Shown: positions 23,096-36,704 of the stretch, in pieces
Layout of the letters: every line of letters starts with the position of its first letter
How positions within the stretch are numbered: the stretch's first letter is position 1
Assembly (NCBI RefSeq): GCF_018350175.1
Contig: NC_058383.1
Coordinates: 23,934,001-23,998,000 of the forward strand
From: Felis catus
Lineage: Eukaryota
DNA length: 64,000 bases
Direction of reading: 5' to 3'
Position numbers and translations under genes: made by a program
Notes under the pieces: generated by a model
What the model was told of the DNA's origin: nothing
The model's database searches: none
Seen by the model: only the letters and a program-made list of their open reading frames with translations

Positions 23096-25261
23096 CTGTA
23101 AAACAAACCAAAACACAACATTAGTAACATGGTTTGGTGATGAAGAAAACAATGAAAATTTGGCACAAAGGAAGTTTAAAAGAAGAAGGGTTATGGGTTG
23201 ATAACGTGGTCAAACCTGTTAAAACACGGCGCACTTGTCAAAAGATTTACATATGCTATATATCACATAATATCCACAAAGCCTAACAATTAAATACAGT
23301 AAAAGCCTTTTATGTAAGTGTTAGGATGATTTTGAATATCAGCATTAAGAAAGGCCTCCAAACCTACTAAGTGCTTACGTAGACTATTCTTTTTTTAACT
23401 TTACTTTAAAAAAATCTTAATTTCAGTATATTTAACATACAGTGTTACATTAGTTTCAGGTGTTTGCATAAACTATACTTGACCGTTTAATGTAGTGATT
23501 AAGGGCTCTGACTAGAATCAGATAGGGGCTATGTTCTGGCTCCACTATTTATAGCTTAGCAATCTTAGGCTTCTGGTTTCCTTTTAAAAATGGGGTAAAT
23601 ACCAGAAGGATAAACAAAACAATGTCAAGTCCCTGGCATGGTGCCAGGTTGACAGTATGTGATGAATAAATGTTGCATATGATGATCATCATAGTTATTA
23701 TCCTGTTAATTCTCAGCTCCTCTCGGTATTAGAAATGGAGAAAAGGTACACACAAATATAGTACCATTTATCTTAATGATTTAAAATCATCTAGTGGAAA
23801 GAATCTCAGCCTTCTGAGATGATTAGCAAACTCTCTCATTATCTCTCATTATGGACAATATTAGAAAAAAATAAAATCTCTCTCAGGTTTCTGAGTACAC
23901 AGGGGTTAAAATGGGACAGGAGGACACTCTTTTGAGTTTTGTATACAAACACAATGAAATACTGTATATTAGTTGCTAAAATGTTTCTAGAAAGGTATCA
24001 GAAAACCCAGTATCTGGGTAGAGTTCCACAGCCCTCTGTTTCAGCAAACAGCTTGCTCCCCTGGGCTACCAAAGAAACACTCTTCTTAGCGAACACAAAT
24101 TACCTATTGATAGGCTAGCTTTTTCAAGGAAATATTTTATGCTTTGTGAAAGCACATTAGTCAAATATTCATAGTCATTCAAATTTCTTTGGAGGCAGAA
24201 ACATTTTTTTTAGTGTAATGTGAACATAGGTTACTATACTCACTGCATGTAAAGGGTTTGAAGCTCTCCATCATTAACCAAATGAGAAACTTTTTCCAAG
24301 TTAAACATAACTTTTTTCTGTATCAGGAATACAGAGTCCTGGATAAACATACTAGCTAACACTTGTCCTAAATTATTTGTGTGTTAAGCAATCAACAAAT
24401 TTAATAGGTGAGTCCTTAAAAAACCAATTAGGAATCTTTTCCTGGAAGAAATACCTCTAGGGTAATATCCAAGGTATTAAGAAGGAACATTTTCTTAATT
24501 AATACACTAGTTTAAGGAACACCTCAGCATTCTGTTTGCTTTGCACCACTTAGGTGGATTATTTTATATTATATAGACAGACATAGAGACTATTTCTTTT
24601 TGGGCCAACGAACCACACCAAATAATGTTACATAAGTGAATTTGTATTCTTTCAGATGCCTACTACAGGACAAGTGAAAGAGTCACGTATTAGGTTTTCT
24701 GGCCGTTCTGTTGTATAGTCAGCAGGAAAGACTCTTAGTACTGTCAATGCCCAGTTATCAGTGTCATCTGTCACCAATTTCTAATGATTCTTCTGCCTTA
24801 ATATGGTTTGGTAAGTAAAATGAAATCACAATCTACATGTGTATACACAAACTAATAGATAACAATGGGATAAAGTTATTGTTTTAAAAACAACTTGTTT
24901 CTTAATGTTGACTAATCTAATCTCAAGAAACAAATAATTTAGAAGTGCTTTAGAGATACACAGATATTACAATTGTTCATTCTGTTAATGTGCCAACTTC
25001 ATTCTTATCCTTTTCTATTTTCTACTATAAAATAAAATCTATCTTTTACAATGGAGTAATCATTTAATGACTATATTTAAAGTAGAGTTTAATATTTTAC
25101 AATAGTTAAATATTTTCCAAGTTAGTTACAAAAAGCTTAATGAGATGTTAAGGAAGCAATAAACTCCTATTCGATCTAATCTTGGTTTTTAATCCAAAGA
25201 ATTAGGTTCTCTATACTTCTGGGAAGATTTAATGTAAGTGGATGAGTTTTCTTTTCTTTTT

Positions 25262-25958
25262 CTTTTAACTTTTAACATTTATTTATATTTGAGAGAGAGA
25301 CAGAACATGAGCAGGGGAGGGGCAGAGAGAGAGGGAGACACAGAATTCGAAGCAGGCTCCAGGCTGTGAGCTGTCAGCACAGAGCCCGATGTGGGGCTTG
25401 AACCCACGAACTGTGAGATCATGACCTGAGCCAAAGTCGGATGCTCAACTGACTGAGCCACCCAGGTGCTCCAGGATGAGTTTTCTTTTAAGCTATTGGG
25501 ACCTGTGAAGTTACTTTAGATCTTAAAATATTATTAATGTAGGGGTGCCTGGGTGGCTCAGTTGATTAAGTGTTTGGCTCTTGATTTTGGCTCAGGTCAC
25601 GATCTCAGTTTCATGAGTTCAGGCCCTGCGTCAGGCTTTGAGTTGACAGCATGGGGCCTGCTTGGGATTCTCCCTCCATCTTTGCCTCTCTCTCTCAATC
25701 TCTCCCCCAAAATAAATAAACTTAAAAACAATTATTAATGGGGCGCCTGGGTGGCTCAGTCGGTTGAGCGTCCGACTTCGGCTCAGGTCACAATCTCATG
25801 GTCCATGAGTTCAAGCCCCACATCGGGCTCTGGGCTGATGGCTCAGAGCCTGGAGCCTGCTTCCGATTCTGTGTCTCCCTCTCTCTGCCCCTCCCCATTC
25901 ATGCTCTCTCTCTGTCTCAAAAATAAATAAAAATGTTAAAAAAAAATTAAAAAAAAAT
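25262..25958. mobile_element. Cluster of three CanSINEs (25262-25472 -, 25542-25730 +, 25740-25958 +) in MOSMO intron 2
   Basis: Three recognisable SINE heads and bodies; the first is head-to-head with the other two. Confidence 0.93.
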
Positions 25959-27414
25959 TATTAATGCTGATAATACCTATCAACTTTTGACAATTAAATT
26001 TTGGGTTCTAAATAAGCCTGTAAAGACAATAGCTTCAAATCTTCCATGGCACAGATTTCTTGGTGGTGAGAACTAGATATTGGGTGTATTGGGAGATGAG
26101 AATGTAAATTACAGTGGCAGAGGAAAGGATAAGGGGTCAGACTTGAAGAAAAAAAACACACCTTTGTTACCCTTGCTCTCAGAGGCAAGCTGCATCACAT
26201 GCGGCTCTCCTCTGATAGTTCCCCACTGTGTAAACCTATCAGAAAATGTTACCCTGACATTCTGACCAAAACTGTAATTTAAGTGGAATAGAAATATATA
26301 AAATAGAGATAAAGTACATTTTCAAAGGCTGAGTGGAAACACCAGGGGGAGCTCAATCTCTCTGAAGACTGCCACCCCAGCAGACTAGCTCTGTTAACAA
26401 AAACAAACTATTGAAGGAAGCACACAAGAGTAATGCAGCTCTGTGCTGGCTTAGATGACGTTAACTAGGAGATATTGTTGAGCTGAAAAACCAAGGTACA
26501 GAACAGTATAAACAGAATATTATTTATAGAACATTCACACATACACATTTCTATCCACAGGGCACCTCTGGTAGGCAATCCCAGAAACTGGTAACAATGG
26601 TTGCTTCCAGCAAAGAGATATTGAGTAGCTAGGTGATGGAGCCACAAGTAAGACTTACTTTTCACCTAGTGACCCTTTCTTAGGCTTTGAATTATGTACC
26701 ATATACACATATTCTTTTTAAAAGTTAAAAATCCATAAACTAAATACTCCTTCTTTGATTTTATTTTACTTCTTAAAGAATGAATTCTACCTGATAAGTA
26801 ATTGTATCTGTGAGTAACAATTCTCTTTAAATTCTTCATCAATACCCTTTAATTTAGCAGCACTGTCTCTACAACTGCCTGTGGACCCTACTATACAGAA
26901 AAGAATGGTCTCAGGAGGTCTGTTTGACCTCAAACAGGTCTTCAACTTGTTTCACTTTTCTTAACAAAAATGAAGACTTTTTTAGTCAAAGGCAACTTGA
27001 TCTAAGTTTTAAAACTAAGGCAGATATGTAGACAAAAATAAAACAGAGCCAGAAACATACACATTAAAGCATTTCACAGAGAGATGGGGAGAAATGGAGA
27101 CTCATGAACTAATGTTCCTATCTTAGGGTCTTTAAGGATAAAATGAGTTCTAATCTAACACTAATGGGGAGACATGGGATTGTGTTTTACTCCTACCATA
27201 CAAGTTCTACATGAAAATATCAAGTGAAAGTAAGCTGTATTATAATATTCATTTTTTAAAGCTTATGCAAACCTGAGATAATTATAAGGCATTGAATTAG
27301 ATGTCAAACCCCATGGTATTTGGCATAAGTACCGTTAGTTATCCTGTTCTTTATATAACTTTAACTTTTATTAAAGTTAGAAAGCCTAAGAATATTACAA
27401 TATGAATACATTTC

Positions 27415-27600
27415 CATTGCCATTTTGGGCCAGATAAGTCTTTGTTGTGGGGAGTGTCCCTCACATTTGTAGGATGTTTTACCCTATCCCTGGCCTCTTA
27501 TCAAGATATCAGTAGGATCCCCTTCACTGTGACAATCAAAAATGTTTCCAGACATTGACAAATGTCCTCTCCCTCTGGGGGAAGGGGAGCAAAATTACTT
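27415..27600 (+). mobile_element. Truncated MER20-like fragment
   Basis: ATTTTGGGCCAGATAAGTCTTTGTTGTGGGG...TGTGACAATCAAAAATGTTTCCAGACATTG; terminal repeats not visible. Confidence 0.7.
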
Positions 27601-28262
27601 TACAGAGAAAGAAACAAGAAGGCAAAATTACAGAGATATCTTTCCTTTGTGCATTTTTGCTGCTTTTAATTTGGGAAAAGCCAGTGATGTGTTGGGAAAT
27701 TAAACCAATCTTGCAAAGTACAAGAGAATGTATAATATATATCATACCATGGGGCATAGCTTAATGGAGTAAGAAATGTCGATGAGTAATTATCAAACAA
27801 CCATATGTGCTGATTTTTCAATGGTCCCACAACAACTCATAGCAGAAACTCAAATTAATGATACTGAAAAGTAAATCACCACCTTAATCTAATTTATACT
27901 TCTGTATATTCTCTTCTAGATTTATCTTTATTTGGTAGAGGATGCCAATACCTTTAAGAAGAGTAAAAGACTTGGGTTAGGGGTAGCTCTGAGCCACAGA
28001 CCTGGAACACTTATGTTACAATGTGAGCAAAAATAAAATTCATTAAGATAGCATTTTATACAAAGCAATTAAGGTTTCGGACGTCTTGGTCTTGTGGTGA
28101 GAATCCTGAAGAACTGACAGGGCTGCGCAGAGTCTATATGATGGCCAGAGTGGGGGTGCTCTTTGATGATTACGGAGTCCTTATTACTGATTCTGGATTA
28201 TCTTCATTAAACTACCAGAGTGCGCGCCTTCTAGACAAATTTGGTGAGCACAGGTTACTTAC

Positions 28263-28475
28263 TTCCAGTGAAGGCTATCCATCGAGCATATTTTGTAGCT
28301 TCTCTTCGCCAGTGGGAAGCCACCAGCAAACCACATGTGACAGTCAATGAAATGATTCCCATGATGATAAAAAACAGTGTGGTGACCCACTCTGGGGGAA
28401 GCCGAGGTGGGATGCACGTCCGGTCTCGTCCATGGATTGTCTGACACTGTCGCACAAGGCCCACAGTGAGTGCTC
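28263..28475 (-). CDS. MOSMO: MOSMO coding exon 2 (213 nt, phase 1-1)
   Basis: ccccag|GA acceptor and A|gtaagt donor. Translates (G)ALTVGLVRQCQTIHGRDRTCIPPRLPPEWVTTLFFIIMGIISLTVTCGLLVASHWRREATKYARWIAFTG; the A|TG junction with the last exon gives Met. Confidence 0.97.
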
Positions 28476-29714
28476 CTGGGGAGATGCAAAAAGGTGGGAA
28501 CACTTGAGTGGGTTTGTCATTCCAGGGAATATTCCCCACCAACACCCCCTGAGTCATCTTATTTCTGTGTGGATCGCTCAGGCATTTATTTCACCGAGTC
28601 TTATTATTCAGCATTCTGCAATTCACAACGTAGTCATACTTAACATACAAAATGAACTTAAAAAAAAAAAAAATCACAAAACCACAAGAGGCAGTTCTTT
28701 CAGTCACTCATTGAACAAGTACTTTTCGGAGTACTTGTGTCAGGCAATGTTCTGGGCTCTAGAGAAATAACAAACAAGACAGATGAGGTTCCTGCTCTTG
28801 TGGAACTTACATACTAGCAGAAAGAAGTGGAACCTTTCTATTCTCAGATCCAAGACCCAATGTACATTATCTGATTTTGGATGAGGAGAAAAACACTTTT
28901 CAGGAAAATGAAGGCAAACTTGAAATATCTAATCATAATATAGAGATAAAATTAAATAATGGATTAAATATTAGAATATATTTTATTAAAGTTAAAAAGC
29001 CTATGAATATTATAATATAAATACCTTTCCATTAAGTTCAAGAAAAAGTTGGGAAAACTGGTAGGTCCTCCCCCATTTGGTAAGTTCAACAATTTGTACA
29101 ACGTACAATTGTTCAGATTGCTAAACCATTACCAGCATGCTTCAGCAGAGGAGCAAAGGCATTAGTGGAAACTTTTCAAAGGCCCCCTCTCTCATTTAAA
29201 TAACATGAAAGCGATTTTTCTAAAACATCAGGTGCTATTTTTACATAAACATGTTCTTATGTCAAACCCAAGGAACCCCTCTATCAAATTTAGGGTGAAC
29301 TGATTTATAGAAACCTAGATATGGAAGGCAAAAGTATTTATTTTATTCTCTTCCTCATTAAGAACAATTAAAATGGTACTTTTGAGTGAAAACTGCTTGT
29401 TTCTCCCTTTAAGAGCATCTACAAATGGGAAAACTGTTGTCTAAAACACAAGAAAAGAAATTCCTGTAACTACTGAAAACATAATAGATTTCTGCATCTT
29501 TTTTTGGTCTTAATTACTTTCTCAATTTGAGCAAAAACATTAACACCACCACCACCAAAAACACATTAACCTCAAAATCACAGCACTTGCCACAAACAAG
29601 TGCCTTTTTTGAGGACAGTCAGTAAAATTCCTAGAGACATTATGGGAAGCTGCCTTAGTGGGAAAGGTAGACCAGAGCTGGACATGAGGATATAGATGCA
29701 CATGTAGGTGGATG

Positions 29715-30010
29715 GGGCTGCTGGAGGGGGGGCAAGGGGGAGATGGGGAGGGAGGGAGGCGGGGAGGGAGGGAGGGGAGGAGAGGGAGAGAGAGAGAGAA
29801 AGAGGGAGAGAGGGAGAGAGGGAGAGAGGGAGAGAGGGAGAGAGAGAGAAGGACAGAGGGAGAGAGAGAGAGGCAGGCTATTAAGCAGGCTGCATGCTCA
29901 GTGTGGAGTCTGACTCGGGGCTCAATCCCACGACCCCGGGTCACAACCTGAGCCAACTGGAGACGAAATCAAGAGTCAGACACTCAACTGACTGAGCCAC
30001 CCGGCGCCCC
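29715..30010 (-). mobile_element. CanSINE with expanded G/A-rich (CT-tract-derived) segment
   Basis: SINE head at 30010 running into ~150 bp of nearly pure G/A on the plus strand. Confidence 0.8.
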
Positions 30011-32127
30011 TGCAACCTGTGTTTTGCCATTGATATATTTTTAGAAATAAACCAAAGTGTTCAAAGAAAATGAAGAGAAAAATCAGTTTTCTGAAAACTG
30101 AGTTGTAGTCCCCCGTACCCTCAATGCTAATTCTGACTATAACTCTTTTGGTAGAGTGGAAGAAGAGCACTCAAAGAAGCTGTACCCTTTTCTGTCAAAT
30201 CATCCAATAATTAGGCCCATCTTGTGATCTCCACATAGGTAAACAGCATTATTAATTTGGGATTGTCTCCGGCAGAATGGAGACATATGGGGGTTGGGAG
30301 GGGAATAGAAAGTGAGCAAACCTTTATAATAATTCCACACACTATCCTTCCTAGGTGCTGCTTGGAGCTCAATGACTTAGTAGGTCTAAGAGAAGCAAAA
30401 CAGTTAAAAGTATTTGACACTTAATTGCTAACCTTGAAACTGCTTGAACCAGAAAAAGGGAGAGCATAGGGTGAGTAGGTACCAGGAAGTTGCGTAATTG
30501 TTTTTAAATTGAAACCGTAAAGTTTCGTTGAAAAGAAAACTTGGGGGATAGAGCTCGTCTTATGATAAAGCATTTTATTATAATTTTGGAAATAAAGAAG
30601 GGATTCACAGAATGCTCAAGAATGAACAGGAAACTACTCTTGATCATTCAGCAAAAGACTTCTAACAAATTACCCTTTATAGTCACTACCCCATTTATAA
30701 AACTGTAATTGCTCTAAGAATACACAACAGGCAATGAAAAATCCTCTGACAAAATCCAATACTGTGGATTCTGATTACAGCAGTAACTTTCTTCACAACT
30801 TCATTTAAAATACAAAGTTTTATTGGTAACACTATATAACTAATGAACTTAGATTTACATTTGATAATTAGTTGTTGCTGACAAATATTTAAAATTGTAG
30901 GTCCAGTAACTAAACTGTCTTTCCTTCAAAATATTTCTGAGTATTCTTATGCTACCTCTTACCTCCCGTTTATAGATATGGCAAAGAGCGTTAGGGCTCA
31001 AATTCAATGTAACTTCCTGTGCCTGTAGATTGTTAAGCTTTCTGAGGGGGTCTGCTCTTGCTTCTTCTACTGACTGGCATACCACATCAAATGACTACAA
31101 ACAGAACAAGTAAGACAATGAAAATGAGAGCTGTCCCTGCTACAAACCAAATGGAAATAATCTGACACATGTTCAGTTTTAAAAGCAGAGTTATACTCCT
31201 ATATTTACAAAGGTCCTTACTACCACACATCAAGACCAAATACTCAGCAGCTACATTCTGGAAGAAAAGAATGCTAAAGCTAGCTGAGATATGCTGTATG
31301 TAAGTACATCAATTCACAAAAATTTTATTGAATGTCTATGTGCCCAGCACTGCTGTATGGTCAGAGATTCTAAAAACCAATACTCTGTCACACTTTTAGT
31401 GAAAATAGACTTTCCTTAAATAAATTATAGGAGGGCTAGTACAAAGAGTCGACACTGCTGCTATAATTCTTTCTCTTGAGTAAGACTCTAGGTCAACATA
31501 ACTTCTATCATAGTCACATATTTTCCATAAGCTGTCTGGGGAGAGGGATCTGCAAAGGTTAACTGTGCTGCTGCTATTACATCTTGTAAATTCAGGTACT
31601 GTTGTGCCCAAACTCACACCAGGTCTTTAATTTCATCTTTTACCTCAAAGAATTATCTCCTGTTTGTAGCTTCAAATCCATCTCTCATGTTGACTAGCCA
31701 AGACCTTTTACATCCTCCAAATTCTCTGGGCACATTTAGTCTGTGTCACACAATCACGCACTTGATTTTAAGGTAGCTTCTTTTTTACCTCAAACAGAAA
31801 ATGGGCCTTTCAGGAGAGAACTGAACCTTCTACTTCATTGGAAACCCCCCGGAATGGCCTGTAGCAGTGGGCACAAAGCAGGACTTAATAAGCATTTGGT
31901 GAGCTTGAAAGAATTAAAAACAAGCTAAAGTTAAAATCATGCAGGATTAAATAGGTTCTTCTGTAGACCTTGTCTTGCTCAATGTGACTTCCTAAGGCAC
32001 ACTAATTAATAATTAACCACAAGCTCAGCCATTCACTAATTTTTGTTTTATCCAATAGGTCCTTTGCTTCTTTAAGGGGCCTGTGATTCTATTTCCCAAA
32101 CAGCCAATCCATCTTTACCCTGCAGCT

Positions 32128-32141
32128 GTTTCCTAGGTAAC
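32128..32141. promoter_or_regulatory. Near-consensus RFX X-box (GTTTCCTAGGTAAC) in MOSMO intron 1
   Basis: 14-bp near-palindrome, with CCAAT motifs at ~32053 and ~32104. Confidence 0.45.
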
Positions 32142-32579
32142 CAACCCAGCCAAATAAAAGACTTGCACACAATAGGAAAAAGGAAACCACATAGGAACTA
32201 CAGCATCTCACATGCAGTTCAGTAGCTCACCTGTGTATCACTACATGCAAAAGGAAGTCATAATGAGTTTTACCCTGCTGCGTGGGGTATCTTAACTCAA
32301 GAGGCTTTTGACTCTCCGATATCTATAGATCCAGACACTGTTGAAATGATTTAGCACACCCAGTCTGAGCATGTCTGTTGTCACAAAGAGGGTCATTATA
32401 AAGCATGTCATCCCTACAAGGAAAAGCTGTGTCACAGAAAACCGGACACACAGGCCTTGAAAAGCAGAGAGGCACACAAACCCAACAGAGTCTGTCAGAG
32501 CTAATCATGTCCAGTAAATGCTTGCCAACCTGGCCACAGAGAGCAGTGAGATGACATGGTTTCGGAGAGAAGTCAGGTG

Positions 32580-34700
32580 TTAATAGTATTGAGGATCCCT
32601 TGTATATGAAGATTCACTTTTCCCCTGCTGTTTTCATGATGTCTTTGGGTTTTGACTATGATGTGTCAGGGTTTGGATTACTTAGAGTCTATCCTACTTG
32701 GAATTCGCTGAGATTCTTCAACGTGCAGATTTAAATTTTTCATCAAATTTAGAGAGATGTCAGCCATTATTTCTTCACATATTCTTTCCGCCTCCTCCTT
32801 CCTTCTCCTTCTGGGACTCCCATTACGTGTATGCTGGAAGACCTGATAATGTCCCATTAGTCTCTCAATTGCTCAGTTCATTTTTTATTATTTTTTCCTT
32901 TTGCTTCTTGGATTAAATCATTTCAATTGACTCATCTTCAAATTTACTGATGCAAATTTGCCAGTTTTTCATGTCAGTTATTGTACTTTTCAACTCCAGA
33001 ATTTCTATTTTCTTTTTATAATTTCCATCTTTTTGTTAGATATTCTCTATGAGACTTTTTTTTTTTAGTTTTTTAAAAATCTTTATTTTTTTTTTTAAAT
33101 TTTTTTTTCAACGTTTTTATTTATTTTTGGGACAGAGAGAGACAGAGCATGAACGGGGGAGGGGCAGAGAGAGAGGGAGACACAGAATCGGAAACAGGCT
33201 CCAGGCTCCGAGTCATCAGCCCAGAGCCTGACGCGGGGCTCGAACTCACGGACCGCGAGATCGTGACCTGGCTGAAGTCGGAGGCTTAACCGACTGCGCC
33301 ACCCAGGCGCCCCCCAAAAAATCTTTATTTATTTTTGAGAGAGAGAGACAGAGTGTGAGCAGGGGAGGAGCAGAGAGAGGGAGACACATAATATGTATGA
33401 AGCAGGCTCCAGGCCCTGAGCTGTTAGCACAGAGCCCGATATGGGGCTCGAACTCATGAACTGTGAGATCATGACCTGAGCCAAAGTCAGACGCTCAACT
33501 GACTGAGCCACCCAGGCGCCCCGAGACATTGTTTTCTTACTTTAAGTCTTTATACATGGGTTCCTTTATTTTTTGGAATATACTTAAAACAGCTGATTTA
33601 AACTTTTTGTCTAGTGAGCTTCCTCAGGGACAGGGTCCATTCTTTGCTTTTATTTTTCTTGTGTATAGGCCATACCTCCCTGTTTGTGTGTCTTGTAATT
33701 TTTAGTTGAAAACTGAAAATTAAAAATATTACAATATGACAACTATAGAAATCAAATCCTCCCTCCCCTAGGGTTTGCTGTTGGTAGTATTTGTTTACCA
33801 ACTTTCCTGGAATCGTTCTGTAAAGTTTGGGTTCATTGTTGTGTGTGGCCTCTGAAGTCTTTTCCATTAGCTTAGTAGTCAACTAATGGTTGGAATTAGA
33901 TTTCTTTAAATGCCTCAAATCAATGTATCTTTCAGCCTCTACTGTGTCTGTTGTGGAACATTTTCAAAGCTCCAACAGGCAATTTACAACTCTGCCTTAG
34001 TATTCCTTTCATGCTAGCATGGAGCCTCAAGATTAGCTAGAGGCAAGAGATTAATTAAGGTCTTCATAGGTCTTTCCTGTGTATGTGAGAAGCTCTAAAT
34101 ATGTATATAGTCCAGATTCCTAGGAGTTTCTCAAAGACTTCTCTGGACATCCTGTTCCCTGGTTTTTCCTTCATGTTGTTCATTAGCCTTTAGTTAGTGT
34201 CAAAGATAATATCACCTCAGCTACCTGCAACTTTAAACAACTGCTGTTGATTGTTTTCAAGAAGTGCCCTGAGGGTAGGGCAGTGAGCGCTGAATCTGGT
34301 CAAATAAAGGCAAGCCCTGAGGAGATTCTCCTAGAGCTGGCATTACATAGTATCAATTTCTGAGGATGGGGCTTTAAGGAGCACCAGACCCTCTGGCCAT
34401 TTCAAGTGGTTGCTGAGCGGCTGGTTTACAGGCTACCAAACTTGCATGGCTATTGACTTCCCAGGGTACTGCATAGCAGGGAGAGGGGGGTGTGATTAGC
34501 ACAATTTAAACTGCCACAAAACTTGCTCTTCTTACCAAGATTCAGGGGATTCTCTTAAATCAATGCTCCTTGGATTGTTGTAAGCCTATAGTTAAATTCT
34601 AGAGTTGTGAAAAAGTTGACCTGAGAATTTTTGCCAGTGTTTTCACTGCATTTATCGAGGAGCAGATTTTCTGAAGTCCCTACTCCACTATCACAGAAGT
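32580..34700 (-). mobile_element. Old L1M 5' region/ORF1 relic interrupted by two CanSINEs (33087-33313, 33323-33522, both -)
   Basis: Antisense L1 ORF1-region motifs such as TTTTTCATCAAATTT...CAGCCATTATTTCTTCA; no open frame. Confidence 0.7.
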
Positions 34701-35394
34701 TAAAGCCACAGGTCACAATCTGAATCTCTGCTTTGACAAACTTGGGTAAATCCCTTAACTTTCCTAAGCTTGTTTCAGCAGCAAATTAATATGACTTAAC
34801 ATTTAGATTTCTGTCAGAAATAAATAAGATGATGAAATAATACTTGTAAAACAACTGGAACTGTAAGCACTGAATAGCGATTGTTTTTCAGGGAAGTAAA
34901 TTAGATATTTTTGTTTTAGTTAAAACATACACACACAGGGCAGTAGACACAATAATTTAACACAAGAGTACACTCATGAAACTCATATTCCAAAATAAAA
35001 GGGCTGACATCTGATGGTTGCTATGGCTGCTAGTCATAAAAAGTACTCAGGACAACACTCTCCTGCCCAACTGCTTTAGTATATCATTCAGGTTGAAGAT
35101 TAAGCACAAGGCAAGTTCAGACCTGCTGAATAAAAACTCTGGCGGCAGATTTTATAGGAGTAGCAAGCTGGGAACATTGGGATTGAGAAAGTGTTGCTAA
35201 CAGAATGAAATTACAATATGTTGTGTTGGGTAGCAAATAAATAAAAAAGTCATTAATCTTCCTTTTTAGTTTGACTTTCTTTTCTCTTAAACTCCACTGG
35301 CTGTTCTATCTCTACTTAAATATATATGTTACCAGCTGTTTGTAAGTAGGACTGTGGTTCAGAGGTCATATCTCATTTTGAAATCGACTAAATC

Positions 35395-35590
35395 GGGGCA
35401 CTGGGGTGGCTCATTCGGTTAAGCATCCAACTTCGGCCCAGGTCACGATCCCGTGCTTCGTGGGTTTGAGCCCTGCATTGGGCTCTGTGCTGACAGCCCA
35501 GAGACTGGAGCCTGCTTCAGATTCTATGTCTCCCTCTCTCTCTGCTTGTACTCTGTCTCCCAAAAACAAACATTAAAACATTTTTTTAGA
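35395..35590 (+). mobile_element. CanSINE
   Basis: SINE head, body and tail. Confidence 0.88.
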
Positions 35591-36487
35591 TCAACTATAT
35601 CATACCCTATGCCATTCTCTCATTGTAACTTATTCTATCAGCTCTTGCTCCATAAACTCGGCCTTGAGTCTAATCCTATAAATACATTAAACATAAACTA
35701 GCAGTTAAACTCTATTTTAAAATCTGCCTTACTGACAAGTACAATATGGTACCAGAATCTGTCCTATTACAATCCCAATCACTGAAGCTCTTGACATAAT
35801 ATGAAGAAGTCATTAAAGAAAAGCCCACCACAATGTTTAAATTGTCTATACAATGTATAAAAAACACGTGGACCGGTATCTGTCACATGGCTAAGAGTGG
35901 CCTACTCTGAGTAGGATTAGAGGGTGGAGTAGGGTTGAGAACCGTCATACTTTTCACTGTCTTATCTGAGTGTACATTGATACAATTCTGTCCTTTAAAA
36001 AATATGCATTCATTTTATATTTTAAAATTCTAAAATGTGTAGAGTGTTACATATTAAATGTAAATAAATGTACTAACTGCACATATACTGCACACTGTGA
36101 AACCTTTCAATCACTTATGATTTTAAGCACATGCTCTGGATCTAAAAGAAATTAGAGAATGCCAAAGAAATGAAAGTAAATCAGGTAGAGAACTAAAATG
36201 GGATTTAAATAACCGCATTTACATTTTCTCTTCCATTTCAACTGGACTATCATGACAAACTACCATGGAGGAATGCAACAGATCATATTGTTTCCTTCCT
36301 GACTGATGTGGCAGAACAAACCCAAAACAAGTTTAACATTCATTTCAACTTAATGAATAGTCTCCATGTTTTACATGTAGAAATGAACTGCTTTAAGGGA
36401 GATTATACTGGTAAAGGGAATACAATCAAATTTGGTAGGCCAAATAGTTTTTGTGGGCAGAAAACTGCTGCAGAATTATTTACAAAA

Positions 36488-36704
<217 letters not shown>

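Noticed and set aside
28476..28557. N-terminal extensions of the MOSMO ORFs (28255..28557 and 22911..23111)
   Set aside because: They are intronic sequence upstream of clear AG acceptors; homology begins at the splice sites.
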